Shown: one piece after another, positions 38,291-48,945 of the stretch
Layout: each line of letters opens with the position of its first letter
Position numbering within the stretch: the first letter of the stretch is position 1
Assembly (NCBI GenBank): GCA_964489015.1
Contig: CAZAXD010000005.1
Coordinates: forward strand, 13,521 to 77,520
Origin: an uncultured Sphingobacterium sp.
GTDB lineage: Bacteria > Bacteroidota > Bacteroidia > SpSt-205
Direction: 5' to 3'
Length of the DNA: 64,000 nt
Made by a program: the position numbers and the translations under genes
The notes under the pieces: model-generated
Seen by the model: the letters and a program-made list of their open reading frames with translations, nothing else
Databases searched by the model: none
Told to the model about the DNA's origin: nothing

Positions 38291-39301
38291 ATGGTCAAAG
38301 TTCGTAGCTTTGTGCGAATGGAGTCCTTTCCGATTCGGCACGATTGGCATCGGGAAGAGGTTGTTGCCCTGTACCGAAAGCCGCTTTTAGAACTGCTGCA
38401 GACCGCAGCGGCTGTTCATCGCCAGTATCAGAAATCGGGTCAGGTTCAGGCCTGCACGCTTTTGTCTATCAAGACAGGCGGTTGTCCCGAAGATTGTGCT
38501 TACTGTGCGCAGAGCGTGCGCTACCAGACTGGCCTCACCGTTCAGCGGCTGCTGGATGTCGAGGAGGTGGTAGCCGCCGCCCAAAGGGCCCAAGCGAATG
38601 GGTCTACACGCTTTTGCATGGGGGCCGCTTGGCGGGAGGTGCGTACCAACCGGGACTTTGATAAGGTGCTAGAGATGATTCGGCGGGTTCGAGCATTAGG
38701 CTTAGAGGTCTGCGGCACCTTCGGCATGCTCACGACCGAGCAGGCCCAAGCGCTAAAGGAGGCCGGTCTTACTGCGTACAATCATAACCTCGACACCTCT
38801 GCCGATTATTATGGACAGGTCATTACGACTCGGTCTTATGCGGATCGCCTAGAGACTCTAAGAGCGGCGCGGGCGGCAGGTCTGACGCTTTGTACCGGGG
38901 GTATCCTTGGTTTGGGAGAAGGCGAGGAGGATCGCATAGATTTGTTGCATACCCTATGCACTATGCATCCCCATCCCGAGTCCGTTCCGATAAATGCCTT
39001 AGTGCCAATTCCTGGCACGCCTTTAGCCGAACAGCCGCCCGTATCGATATGGGAGATGGTCCGCATGATAGCCACGGCGCGGGTGCTTATGCCCAAAAGC
39101 TATATTCGTCTCGCGGCGGGACGTGAGCGCTTTTCGGATGTGGAGCAGGCGCTCTGTTTCGTAGCGGGGGCCAACTCCATTTTTGTAGGCGAAAAGCTCC
39201 TAACGACCCCGAACGCTGCGCTGGAAGCGGATGCAGCGCTTTTTGCGGTTTTGGGGCTGACACTTATGCCTGCCTTCGCGGACAGTTTACCGGCGAGCTA
39301 G
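38291..39301 (+). CDS. bioB: Biotin synthase
   Basis: It aligns closely with E. coli BioB. Matching segments include the radical-SAM cluster LLSIKTGGCPEDCAYCAQS, plus YNHNLDTS, RFCMGAAWR and AGANSIF. The true start may be the ATG at about 38318. Confidence 0.9.
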   Translation: MVKVRSFVRMESFPIRHDWHREEVVALYRKPLLELLQTAAAVHRQYQKSGQVQACTLLSIKTGGCPEDCAYCAQSVRYQTGLTVQRLLDVEEVVAAAQRAQANGSTRFCMGAAWREVRTNRDFDKVLEMIRRVRALGLEVCGTFGMLTTEQAQALKEAGLTAYNHNLDTSADYYGQVITTRSYADRLETLRAARAAGLTLCTGGILGLGEGEEDRIDLLHTLCTMHPHPESVPINALVPIPGTPLAEQPPVSIWEMVRMIATARVLMPKSYIRLAAGRERFSDVEQALCFVAGANSIFVGEKLLTTPNAALEADAALFAVLGLTLMPAFADSLPAS

Positions 39302-39312
39302 ACCTTTGGCCT

Positions 39313-40275
39313 ATGTGGTGCCTCCTCATAGTGGGGCTGGTCTGGGCCCAAGTCCTGCCAAATCTTGGCGGGCAGCGGGTGGGCATCTCAGCGCTAACCT
39401 TTCTTAAGATCGACCCCTCCCCTAGGTCGGTGGGAATGGCCGGTGCGTTTGTACCCATGGGGTCTGACCCCTTCGCCGCCTATTGGAATCCCGGGGCTCT
39501 CACGCGACTCCATGGAGGTTTGGGGGCCTCTCACGCTTTCTGGATCGCCGGCCTGGATTACACCTACGCGACCTTTTCCTGGCCCTGGCGTGCGTCACAC
39601 CGCTTAGGTGGTCAGGTGCAGTTTCTGACGAGCGGCCCTATTGAACGGCGTACCGAGTGGCAATCGCAGGGCACCGGCGAATACTTCTCCGCCACTTACT
39701 GGGCTATCGGCCCGACCTATGCTTATGAGTTTAGCGACCGCTTTTCCGCCGGTGGGAGCTTCAAGCTTGTGCGTGAGGCTTTGGATCTTTTTCAGGCGAC
39801 GACCTGGGTCGTGGATATGGGGCTTTTGTACTGGACTGACGTACGTGATTTTCGATTTGGGGTGCTGGTGCAAAATTTTGGGCCTAATTCCCGCCTGCGC
39901 ACACGTGATCAGCGTTATAGAGGTCTTGGTTTAGGGACCTACCCTCCGCCGACACTTTTTGCCTTGGGAGCCGCCATTTGCCTCTGGCATCGTGAAAAAC
40001 ATCGCTTGGAGGCAGCCCTGCAGCTCAATCATCCTAATGACAATGCGGAAAATCTTCGTTTCGGGCTGGAGTACACGTATGCTTCTATTTTATTTTTACG
40101 GGCCGGACAGAAGGTGGGGGTTCGTGAGCAGAGCGTGCCCACAGCTGGGATAGGCATTCAGCGGGGCTGGGGCAGGGGACGCCTGCGTATAGATTATGCA
40201 GCCGAATGGATAGGTCCTCTGGGCCTCAAACATCGCATAGGTGTCGTATGGCAAAGAGAAGCCTCTTCTTCATAG
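39313..40275 (+). CDS. PorV/PorQ-family T9SS-associated outer-membrane beta-barrel protein (FadL-like)
   Basis: The signal peptide is MWCLLIVGLVWAQ. The family-typical N-terminal motif is present (ISALTFLKIDPSPRSVGMAGAFVPMGSDPFAAYWNPGAL). The protein is 320 aa, closer to PorQ than PorV in size. The assignment is from memory of the family signature. Confidence 0.5.
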   Translation: MWCLLIVGLVWAQVLPNLGGQRVGISALTFLKIDPSPRSVGMAGAFVPMGSDPFAAYWNPGALTRLHGGLGASHAFWIAGLDYTYATFSWPWRASHRLGGQVQFLTSGPIERRTEWQSQGTGEYFSATYWAIGPTYAYEFSDRFSAGGSFKLVREALDLFQATTWVVDMGLLYWTDVRDFRFGVLVQNFGPNSRLRTRDQRYRGLGLGTYPPPTLFALGAAICLWHREKHRLEAALQLNHPNDNAENLRFGLEYTYASILFLRAGQKVGVREQSVPTAGIGIQRGWGRGRLRIDYAAEWIGPLGLKHRIGVVWQREASSS

Positions 40276-41429
40276 CCCTGCTGCTAAGTGGCTGCGGCGA
40301 CCCCTGGGGCCGCAAGACCAAGCTAGACTTTATCGACGTACCCCAATATGATAATGCGCTGGTAAGCTATGTGCCTGTTTTGCCTTATTGGCAGGGCTTT
40401 GTGGCGCCAGTGGACCTGTGTATAGGCTACGATAGGCTGATTTATGTAGCGGATTCTGGTGCCAATGCCATTGTTTGTCTAGATGAAGCAGGTCGCGAAT
40501 TAGGGCGGTATAGCTTGCCTGGGGTTCATGCGGTGGCTCAAGACCGACGATTAGATTTGTTAGCAGCGGCTTTTGTAGATACGGTAATAGCGGGGCAGCG
40601 TTATCGGTTCGATGCTATATATCGGCTGTCTCTCTACGACGGGGCCGGTTATGGGCTAAGTCGGGCCCGAGTCGTGCGGCGCCTGGTGCATCCCTTTTAT
40701 TTTCAGACGACCTTTGGCCTCAGTGATACGGCGGTACGGTTTCGTCGCATAGCAGTTTTGGGTGATAATGGCTATTACGTCACACGCACCGGCCCTGATA
40801 ATGATCCTGGTAAGTTTGGCGGGCCTGATAATACGGTACTTCGGTTTGATGCCGGCGACACTTGGCTAGAGGCGGTTATTGTGGAGGGGGCGCTAGGTTC
40901 GCAACCGGACTTCTTTCAGGCGCCGTGGGGGCTCGTAGGGCGAGCTCGTCCTCCGCAATCGCCGCTTGTTTCACAAGAGGAAGATTTTTGGGTAGGATTA
41001 GTAGGGCCTGGTGTGCCGCTGCGCGTGCATCATATTGTACGCAGTGTAGGAGAACAAGGAGCTTTTTATCAGGTAGATATGCGATGGGTAGTAGGGGACA
41101 CGAGCCGGGCCGAAGGCTTCTTAGCGGTACCTGGCCGCTTTCAAAGGCCTGAGGGCCTTTCCCTCACGAGTGGTAGTCAGCCTTACCTTATCGTAGCTGA
41201 CGCAGGGCTAGATTCCGTTTTTATTTTCACGCTGCAGGGGCTAGAGGGGGTTAGCCCCCCGCCGGCCGCTACGAGTCGGAAGCTAGTCAGGGTCTCTTTT
41301 GGCGGTCAGGGCAGTGGCCCTCTGCAAATGCGCAGCCCTTGCGCTGTAGCTTTTGAAAATCGCCTATTATACGTTTGCGATCGAGGTAATAAACGAATTA
41401 TGCGCTTGCGCTTAACAACAGATTTTTGA
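40248..41429 (+). CDS. NHL-repeat / six-bladed beta-propeller lipoprotein
   Basis: The start is at MAKRSLFFIALLLSGCG (lipobox). There are repeated YVADSGANAIVCLD / LYVCDRGNKRIMRL NHL-like blades. Confidence 0.55.
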   Translation: MAKRSLFFIALLLSGCGDPWGRKTKLDFIDVPQYDNALVSYVPVLPYWQGFVAPVDLCIGYDRLIYVADSGANAIVCLDEAGRELGRYSLPGVHAVAQDRRLDLLAAAFVDTVIAGQRYRFDAIYRLSLYDGAGYGLSRARVVRRLVHPFYFQTTFGLSDTAVRFRRIAVLGDNGYYVTRTGPDNDPGKFGGPDNTVLRFDAGDTWLEAVIVEGALGSQPDFFQAPWGLVGRARPPQSPLVSQEEDFWVGLVGPGVPLRVHHIVRSVGEQGAFYQVDMRWVVGDTSRAEGFLAVPGRFQRPEGLSLTSGSQPYLIVADAGLDSVFIFTLQGLEGVSPPPAATSRKLVRVSFGGQGSGPLQMRSPCAVAFENRLLYVCDRGNKRIMRLRLTTDF

Positions 41430-41456
41430 TACCTTTGCGGCGAAACCGGCTGCAGC

Positions 41457-42311
41457 ATGAAGTGGATTTTGAGTCGCTATGAGTGGGATGCCAGAAAATT
41501 AGCCTACGTGCGGTCGCCCGTTCGATTGAGCTGGCGCGGTGGTGTGCGCCTCTGGCTCCGTACGCTCTTAATGGGTGCTTTGTTTGTCGGGGCGGGCTAT
41601 CCCTGGTGGTTACAGTACTTTGAAAAGCAAGCAGAAGCTGTCAATGAGCGTCTGAAGCAGGACCTCCAGGCTAAACGCATGATCATGGGCGGGCTAGTAG
41701 TACGTTTAGCGCGCCTGCAAGAACGGTATAATCAATTTTATGCGCCGCTCGTAAATGTGGCTCTAATCTCTCCAGCTGAGTGGGAGGGGGCGGTGGGTGG
41801 GAGCGGTATACCGCGTGAGCTGGAGGAGGCGCTCGCCTACCATCTGGGTATCCTAAAGCGATCTTATGAAAATCTAGCCCAGGCCATGACCCTGCAAGCG
41901 GAGGCTCTCAAGCGGTATCCTTGCCTTATGCCTGTGCAGGGCAGTCTCTGTAGCGGTTTTGGGTATCGACGAGATCCTTTTCACGGGCACTGGCAAATGC
42001 ACACCGGCGTGGACATTAGCGCACCCTATGGAGCCCCCATCAGGGCTACGGCGCCCGGTTTGATAATCACCGCTGGTTGGGATTACGGCGGCGGATATGG
42101 CATTCAGGTCGAGATCGACCACCAAAATGGCTACGTCACGAAGTATGCCCATTTATCTCGGGTAGCTGTGCAGGCGGGGGACTCGGTCCAGCGGGGTGAT
42201 GTGATTGGGTATGTGGGCTCGACGGGTTATTCGGTGGCCCCTCATCTTCATTATGAGGTTATTTATAAAGGGGCCAAGCTTGACCCGCGAAAATACTTAC
42301 TTTTGCTTTAA
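41457..42311 (+). CDS. M23-family metallopeptidase (peptidoglycan endopeptidase)
   Basis: The M23 zinc motifs are HTGVDISAPYGAPIRA and GSTGYSVAPHLHYEV. An N-terminal TM helix and coiled coil are present. Confidence 0.8.
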   Translation: MKWILSRYEWDARKLAYVRSPVRLSWRGGVRLWLRTLLMGALFVGAGYPWWLQYFEKQAEAVNERLKQDLQAKRMIMGGLVVRLARLQERYNQFYAPLVNVALISPAEWEGAVGGSGIPRELEEALAYHLGILKRSYENLAQAMTLQAEALKRYPCLMPVQGSLCSGFGYRRDPFHGHWQMHTGVDISAPYGAPIRATAPGLIITAGWDYGGGYGIQVEIDHQNGYVTKYAHLSRVAVQAGDSVQRGDVIGYVGSTGYSVAPHLHYEVIYKGAKLDPRKYLLLL

Positions 42312-42314
42312 GGT

Positions 42315-42731
42315 ATGTATCACAAGCTCATCCTAGCGGGGCGCTTGGGGCGTGATGCGGAGCTCCGCCCAGTCGGAGAGAGTCAGGTTATACGCTTCTC
42401 AGTACCGTTATCGCGAGGGCGGGGCGATAAAGAAGAGACTTTATGGGTGGAGTGTAGCTACTTTCGGGGACCTGGCGAAAGTACCGAGGTGCTCAAGCTT
42501 CTCAAAAAGGGTACGATCGTCCTGGTGGAAGGCACACCCTGGGTGCGCCAGTACGTACGTAGTGACAATACGCCTGGTGTCGCCTTTGAATGCCGGGTTG
42601 CCAATTTGCGTGTACTCAGCCTTCCGCCGCGGCCTGGAGAGGTAGCGGCAGAAAGCGCACCGAGTATCCCTGCAGAAGAGCCTGACTTGCCATCTGTCTC
42701 GATCGACGAGGCTGACGACCTCCCTTTCTGA
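42315..42731 (+). CDS. ssb: Single-stranded DNA-binding protein
   Basis: The OB-fold N-terminus is present (KLILAGRLGRDAELRPVGESQVIRFSV). The acidic C-terminal tail ends in DDLPF (SSB client-binding tip). Confidence 0.8.
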   Translation: MYHKLILAGRLGRDAELRPVGESQVIRFSVPLSRGRGDKEETLWVECSYFRGPGESTEVLKLLKKGTIVLVEGTPWVRQYVRSDNTPGVAFECRVANLRVLSLPPRPGEVAAESAPSIPAEEPDLPSVSIDEADDLPF

Positions 42732-42741
42732 GCGTCTAGCG

Positions 42742-44010
42742 CTGCGGCTAAGCCGATACCTAAGGCCGCCAGCGCCTGTACTGGTAGCCTTCAGCGGAGG
42801 CCCCGATTCTGTGGCCCTCACCCTCCTCCTTTTAGAAGCCGGTTACAGGCCGGTGCTGGCCTACGTTAATCACAATCTGCGCGGACTTGCTTCTAAGCAG
42901 GAAGAGGATTTTGTTCGGGCCTTTGCCGATTACTGGCGACTGCCTTTGGAAGTTCATGGGCTTGAGTCCGAAATGTGGTCTAAGGGCCGAGGCCTACAAG
43001 CCACAGCTCGGCAGCTTCGCTATACATGGATGGAAACGCTTCTGGATGCGCATAGTTTAGCTTGGGGGCTTACGGCCCATACCTTGGAAGACCAAGTAGA
43101 AACCCTGCTTTATCGACTAGTCCGAGGTAAAGAACCCTTTTTATGGCGAGGTATTCCCTTTCGACGAGGACGCTGGCTGCGTCCGCTGCTGGAAGAGTCT
43201 CGAGCCGATCTGGTGCGCTATCTCCGAGCTCGAGGCCAAGCCTACTGGCTAGACGGCTCTAACTACCAGCTTAAGTACCTTCGCAACCGACTACGCTGGC
43301 AGGTTGTACGCCCTCTGCTGTACCTTAATCCGAACTTGACTTCACACCTCATGCAGCTTTATCGCTTACACGCCCTTCAGCGACGACGTTTAGTACGCTT
43401 TTATGAGCATCTAGTCGCTCGCTATGTGGAGCCTAGACCTTTTGGCTTCATTGTGAAACCGGGGCTGGCCTGGGATGTATTTTTCTGGCTGGGGCGTCAG
43501 TGGCGGCTCAGTTGGACCCTCGCTCAAGCCCTGTACGACTTGTATCGTCACCGCTCTTCTGGGGCTTATCGAACGATTGGTAATACGCTTTACATCAAGA
43601 CCCCTGAGGGGCTAGAAGTGGGAGAAGAACGGCTATGGTCAGTAGACTGGCTCCCCCTAGAGCTTACGGGCCCTGGCGCCTGGGAATGGGGCCTGTGGGA
43701 GCTTCGTCTTTTGGCAGAGCCGCCTAAGGCGTCACCCTTTGTACGGATAACGGCGGCCTGGTTACCAGTACGTATTCGGCTCTGGCAGCCGGGTGACCGC
43801 ATGCGGCCGGCCGGCTTACGTGGTGCGTCTAAGTGTCTTAGCGATATTTGGCCTGAGATTGGGTGGTATGGCTTTCGGCGACGCCATGCATTTGTACTAG
43901 AGCATCTGGGTGAGATTATATACGCAGCAGGTTATCGCCCCGCCGAGGGATATACACAACCTTCGCCGCCTTTTCTGTATTTTGTTTATCGCTATGCCCA
44001 GTCAAGATAA
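42742..44010 (+). CDS. tilS: tRNA(Ile)-lysidine synthetase
   Basis: The PP-loop SGGPDS (at about 42793-42810) lies upstream of the GTG start listed at 42811. The true start must therefore be an upstream non-ATG codon (for example CTG at about 42742), so the boundary is uncertain. The TilS-like central and C-terminal regions are present. Confidence 0.65.
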   Translation: MRLSRYLRPPAPVLVAFSGGPDSVALTLLLLEAGYRPVLAYVNHNLRGLASKQEEDFVRAFADYWRLPLEVHGLESEMWSKGRGLQATARQLRYTWMETLLDAHSLAWGLTAHTLEDQVETLLYRLVRGKEPFLWRGIPFRRGRWLRPLLEESRADLVRYLRARGQAYWLDGSNYQLKYLRNRLRWQVVRPLLYLNPNLTSHLMQLYRLHALQRRRLVRFYEHLVARYVEPRPFGFIVKPGLAWDVFFWLGRQWRLSWTLAQALYDLYRHRSSGAYRTIGNTLYIKTPEGLEVGEERLWSVDWLPLELTGPGAWEWGLWELRLLAEPPKASPFVRITAAWLPVRIRLWQPGDRMRPAGLRGASKCLSDIWPEIGWYGFRRRHAFVLEHLGEIIYAAGYRPAEGYTQPSPPFLYFVYRYAQSR

Positions 44011-46087
44011 GATTTCCCCAAAGCCTAGCCTTGATCTTACTCGCCCGGAGTATTATCGAAACCGAGAGCTTAGCTGGTTAGCTTTCAATGAGCGTGTGCT
44101 AGAAGAAAGCCTCCATGAGGTGCATCCAATCCTAGATCGGCTGCGTTTTTTATCGATCTTTTATAACAACCTAGACGAGTTTTTTATGATCCGGGTGGCT
44201 GCCTTGCGGGATCAAATTCGGGCGGGCGTTCGAGAGAAGAGCCCGGATGGACTCACGCCGCGACAAACTCTACAGCGCATTCGCGAAAAGGTAGAGCAGC
44301 TCATAGCGAGGGCCGAGGATATTCTCGAGAAGATCTATCTACCTGCTTTAGAAGCAGAGGATATTTACATTTACAGAGGCGCTCGCGTCCGTCAGTTCCC
44401 CCGGCGACAATTAGAGCGGCGCTTTTGGGATCAGGTTTTTCCCCTGCTTACGCCGTTAGCGCTGGACCCCGCCCACCCATTGCCGCCCTTGCGCGGTCTA
44501 GAGCTCATCATGTGGGTGTACTTGGAAGGGGGGATGGCGCTCCTGCCGTTGCCTAATCAGTTGCCTCGTTTACTGTCCTTTCATACGGCGGAGCGATATG
44601 TGTTTGTGCCGATCGAAGAAGTGGTAAGCGTTTTTCTAAAGGATGTCTTTCGGGCGCGCAAGGTACTGGGCTACGGTCTTTTCCGTCTTACGCGGGATGC
44701 GGATATCGAGATCTCAGAAGTCGAAGCGGATGACCTGCTAGAGCTAGTAGAGCGAGAGCTTCGGCGTCGACGCATGGGGGATATCGTACGGGTAGAGATA
44801 GGACCAGGCATGGCTGCCGAAGCGCTGCATCGGCTCAAGGAGGAGCTTGAGTTTAGCGAGGAAGAGGTCTATCGGGTAGGTAGCCTGCTGGGGATAGAAC
44901 GCCTCAGCAGCCTGATTCAGGAAATAGATGAGCCACGCCTTTTGCATCGGCCGCTGGTTCAAGCGATACCCACCGCCCTCCAAGGCACTACGAACCTTTT
45001 TGAGAGCATTGCTCAGCGAGATATTCTGCTACATCACCCGTATGATAGCTTTATGCCGGTGGTAGAGTTTATTCGAGTGGCTGCCCGAGACCCGGCGGTC
45101 GTGGCGATTAGACAAACCCTCTACCGCACCACGGGCGAAAAATCCCTCATCGTGGCCGCGCTCAAGGAGGCTATCGAGCGCGGCAAACAGGTTACAGTTT
45201 TGATTGAGCTAAAGGCCAGATTTGATGAAGAGACTAATATCTACTGGGCTAGAGAGCTAGAAAAAGCTGGTGCTAATGTGGTCTACGGTATGCTGGGCTT
45301 GAAGATTCATGCTAAAGCGGCTCTTGTAATCCGTCAGGAGGGAGACGGCCTTCGGCTATATGCCCACCTTAGTACTGGCAACTACAACGAACGTACGGCT
45401 AATCTTTATACAGATTTAGGGCTATTGACAGCCAATCCGGAAATAACTCGGGACGTTCTAGAGTTTTTCAATTACATGACTGGTAATACAGGTCAGTCTT
45501 CCTGGCGGCGCATAGCCGTGGCGCCAGAAAACATGCGTGAGGTCTTTTTAGAGGAGATAGCCCGCTGCATAGCCGCGCGAGAGGCTGGCTGGACTAGTCA
45601 AATCACGCTTGTGATGAATGCCCTGGTGGATGCCGATATGATCCGCGCGCTTTACAAGGCCTCTTTAGCCGGGGTGCGCGTTGTGCTTTTTGTGCGAGGG
45701 ATCTGCTGCCTAGTACCTGGTACGCCTGTCAGTGAGAATATAGAGGTGCGTAGCATTGTGGGGCGATTTCTGGAGCACTGTCGGCTCTTTGTCTTCCAGG
45801 CTGGGGATGAGGTGCAGGTATGGTCTGGGAGTGCAGACTGGATGCCTAGAAACCTGGACCGACGGGTCGAGCTGGTCTACCCCTTACTGGACCCAGAGGT
45901 GCGTCAGCAGGCCTTAGGTATCATAGAGGTGCTCATGCAAGATACCCAGCAGGCTTGGGTGTTGCGATCTGATGGCAGCTATGTGCGGCGGTCGGCCCTT
46001 GAGCCCCAGTCCCCGCTCTTTAGTGCACAGGAGTACTTTATGCGACAGCGTCGTCGTCCCACTTCCTTTGTAAATTCAGGCGTCTAA
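43994..46087 (+). CDS. ppk: Polyphosphate kinase 1
   Basis: The start is set at MPSQDK (43994). The canonical PPK1 N-terminus is present (YYRNRELSWLAFNERVLEE). PLD-like HKD-type domains are present (LKIHAKAALV). The gene overlaps the tilS 3' end by 17 nt. Confidence 0.85.
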   Translation: MPSQDKISPKPSLDLTRPEYYRNRELSWLAFNERVLEESLHEVHPILDRLRFLSIFYNNLDEFFMIRVAALRDQIRAGVREKSPDGLTPRQTLQRIREKVEQLIARAEDILEKIYLPALEAEDIYIYRGARVRQFPRRQLERRFWDQVFPLLTPLALDPAHPLPPLRGLELIMWVYLEGGMALLPLPNQLPRLLSFHTAERYVFVPIEEVVSVFLKDVFRARKVLGYGLFRLTRDADIEISEVEADDLLELVERELRRRRMGDIVRVEIGPGMAAEALHRLKEELEFSEEEVYRVGSLLGIERLSSLIQEIDEPRLLHRPLVQAIPTALQGTTNLFESIAQRDILLHHPYDSFMPVVEFIRVAARDPAVVAIRQTLYRTTGEKSLIVAALKEAIERGKQVTVLIELKARFDEETNIYWARELEKAGANVVYGMLGLKIHAKAALVIRQEGDGLRLYAHLSTGNYNERTANLYTDLGLLTANPEITRDVLEFFNYMTGNTGQSSWRRIAVAPENMREVFLEEIARCIAAREAGWTSQITLVMNALVDADMIRALYKASLAGVRVVLFVRGICCLVPGTPVSENIEVRSIVGRFLEHCRLFVFQAGDEVQVWSGSADWMPRNLDRRVELVYPLLDPEVRQQALGIIEVLMQDTQQAWVLRSDGSYVRRSALEPQSPLFSAQEYFMRQRRRPTSFVNSGV

Positions 46088-46683
46088 TGCACTACCCGAT
46101 CGTAGAACATTTTCTAAGTGTACAGGGGGAAGGGTACTGGGTGGGACAGCCGGCGTACTTTATTCGGCTAGGGGGGTGTCCAGTCGGCTGTAGCTGGTGT
46201 GATACGCGGCATTCTTGGCCGTTAGCAGGCTGGCCTCGGTACAGCGTAGAAACGATTTTGGGTTGGGTCGCGCCTCATGCGGTACGTCATATCGTGGTCA
46301 CTGGCGGTGAGCCCACGATACACGACCTATCATTTCTAGTCGAGGCGCTTCAAACCCGGGGGTATTTTGTTCAGATAGAAACGGCGGGGATTGGTCCCTT
46401 GCCAACTGTGCGGCCGGATTGGATTACCTTTTCACCTAAGCGCTTCAAAGCACCGTTGGAGACTTACTACGCAGAGGCTGATGAACTCAAGGTCATCATC
46501 CATGCCCAGAGCGATCTGCGATGGGCCGAAGCACAGTGTACTCGATTTGGTCATCAAAAGCCGGCCTTTCTCCAACCGGACAGTTACCAGCCTGGGGCCG
46601 TAGAGTGGATACTGGCCCACCTCCGATCCCATCCCCACTGGCGCTTGAGCTTGCAGATACACCGTATTTTGGCTTTGCCTTGA
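46087..46683 (+). CDS. queE: 7-carboxy-7-deazaguanine synthase (radical SAM, queuosine pathway)
   Basis: The QueE-type cluster is present (LGGCPVGCSWCDT). The protein is short (198 aa) and QueE-like. Its start overlaps the ppk stop. Confidence 0.7.
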   Translation: MHYPIVEHFLSVQGEGYWVGQPAYFIRLGGCPVGCSWCDTRHSWPLAGWPRYSVETILGWVAPHAVRHIVVTGGEPTIHDLSFLVEALQTRGYFVQIETAGIGPLPTVRPDWITFSPKRFKAPLETYYAEADELKVIIHAQSDLRWAEAQCTRFGHQKPAFLQPDSYQPGAVEWILAHLRSHPHWRLSLQIHRILALP

Positions 46684-46874
46684 GCGTGCACTATTCTTGC
46701 CTGCCTTTCCTAAAGCCTATGTAGTAGTCCTTCAACGGGCAGTCCGAAGGCACTAGAAATAACGATCGACTACATGGCAAGCCTTACTTATGGTTTCTGC
46801 TGAGCTTTCCGTTTTAGCATAGTATTTTAGGAGGTGCGGAGAATGTTTGTGCCTTTGCGTTTAGGTTCTATTGT

Positions 46875-48791
46875 ATGCAACGCTCAACGATAATCTCTTT
46901 GGTCGGGATCGTGGTCATGGGGCTTACGGGGCCCTCTGAGACGGCCCGTGCGTATTACAGCAAAGCTGTGGAGTACCATCAGCGTAAAGACTACCAGGCA
47001 GCCGTGCAGCAGCTAAATCTATCGATCCAAGAAGCACCTGATTTTTGAGAAGCATGGATTTTATATGTGCCTACGCTGCGTAATCAGCTGAAAGCGGACT
47101 CCCTATTACAGCTGGGGCGGGCTCTTCGGGGGCTCATGCCTGATTCGCGAACAGCCCGGGCTTTGAGTTACTACCTAGAAGGCCATGGGTACTACTACAA
47201 GATGTGGTATGACTCTGCCAAGGCAGCCTTTGCAACCTTTTTGCGGTGGCCTTCTAAGCAGTTGCCCGAGGAAATTTATGAGGAGGCTGGCCGGCTAGCT
47301 GAGCAGGCGTTGGAGGTGGCTAAGATCGTCCAAGACTCCATCCAGTCTCGTCCCAAACTTTTGCCCGCTTCCGTGAATACCGGTTATGAAGAGACCTTCC
47401 CCCGACTAACCGCGGATGGTCGTAAGCTGTTTTTTACTACCACGAGACCCAAGCGGGGCAGTTCGTCAACTAAAGAGGGGGATGAAGACATATACTGGGG
47501 TCAGCGTGATGCCACAGGACAGTGGCTGCCCGCTCAGCCCATAGGGGACCCGTCAATACATCTAAACATGATGGGGCAGCCTTTTTCTCTTCGGATGGGC
47601 AATGGGTATGCTTCGGGCGCTGCTGGGCTTTGGATGGCCTAGGCAGTTGTGACATGTATATCTCCTATTTAGAGGGGGAGAAATGGCTGCCTCCGCAAAA
47701 CATGGGAGCCCCTGTCAATAGCTCCAACTGGGATACCCAGCCTTGCATTTCGCACGACCGGAAGCGAATATACTTCTCATCGGATCGGCCAGGCGGTTAG
47801 GTGATGCAGACATTTGGTACATAGAATGGCGAAATGGTGCCTGGCAGGAGCCCGTCAATATAGGCGCCCCTATCAACACACCCGGAAATGAATACCATCC
47901 CATGGTAACGGCAGATGGTAGAACGCTTTACTTCAATTCTGATCGGCATCCTGGCTTAGGCGGCCTTGATATTTTTGTGAGCTATTATACAGACACAGGT
48001 TGGACAAACCTAAAAATCTAGGCGCGCCTATCAATACGCCCGCTGATGAGAGAGGGATCTTTGTGGATGCTTCCGGTAAGATAGCCTATGCCTCGCTGGA
48101 AAGGCCGAAAGGTTTCGGGAAAGCGGATATTTACAGCTTTGAACTTCCGCCGGCGGTACGGCCCTATCAGTTAGCGACCTATGTGTGGAGCTTTGTGCGT
48201 GATAAAGAGTCGCGTCAGCCCTTACAAGCGCGAGTCATCATTATCAACCTGGCGAAGCAGGACACCTTGCGTGACTTAGGTAGTAATAAAGCAAGTGGCG
48301 AGTTTGTAACCTCGCTGCCGCTCCAGGAGCGCTATGGGCTATTTGTAGAGGTGCCAGGTTATTTGTCTTACACTGCACATTTTGACCTCATGCGGGCTGA
48401 TACCGCTTATGAGATAGAGGTGTGGTTAGAAAAGCCCAAGAAAGGAAGTCGGCTAACCCTGCAGAATGTCTTTTTTGACTTTGACAAAGCGACGCTGAAG
48501 CCTGAGTCTCGGACAGAGCTCATGGAAGTGGTGCGCTTTCTGCGGGAAAATCCTAAGGTGCGGGTAGAGGTCGAGGGTCACACGGATAGTGTCGGCCGAG
48601 CGGATTACAACCTGCAGCTTTCTCAGCGGCGAGCCGAAGCGGTACGGTCTTTTCTAGTAGAGCAGGGCGTCGATCCAAGTCGGTTGACAGCGCGGGGTTA
48701 CGGTTCTAATCGGCCCGTAGCAGACAATCGTACCGAGACTGGGCGAGCCCAAAATCGTCGCGTAGAACTCCTCTTCGTAGACGCACCCTGA
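46875..48791 (+). pseudogene. Decayed paralog of the downstream TPR-PD40-OmpA gene
   Basis: There are five collinear ORF fragments. One (46875-47046) ends in a TGA. The others start at 47067 (frame 3), 47522 (frame 2), 47743 (frame 1) and 48000 (frame 3). Each aligns segment by segment with 48946-50868. Examples are TADGRKLFFTTTRPK vs TADGRRLYFTSRRPK, and EGHTDSVGRADYNLQLSQRRAEAV vs QGHTDSVGSAAYNLQLSQRRAEAV. At least three frameshifts and one nonsense codon are present. Confidence 0.6.
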
Positions 48792-48877
48792 AAAGGTAGG
48801 AGCGGCCGTTCGTTGCCCTAAGGAATTAACGTCTATTTTATCCTGCTCAAGGCTACTATTTTTGCTGAGAGGCCTGC

Positions 48878-48908
48878 ATAAAGCGCCCCCGTAAGGGGGC
48901 GCTTTGTT
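48878..48908 (+). terminator. Rho-independent terminator-like hairpin
   Basis: The sequence is agcgccccc-gtaa-gggggcgct, a 9-bp GC-rich stem, followed by ttgtttgggg. It lies between the pseudogene and the intact paralog. Confidence 0.5.
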
Positions 48909-48945
48909 TGGGGCTTGGTGCGATGATTTGTTGTATCTTAGTAAA

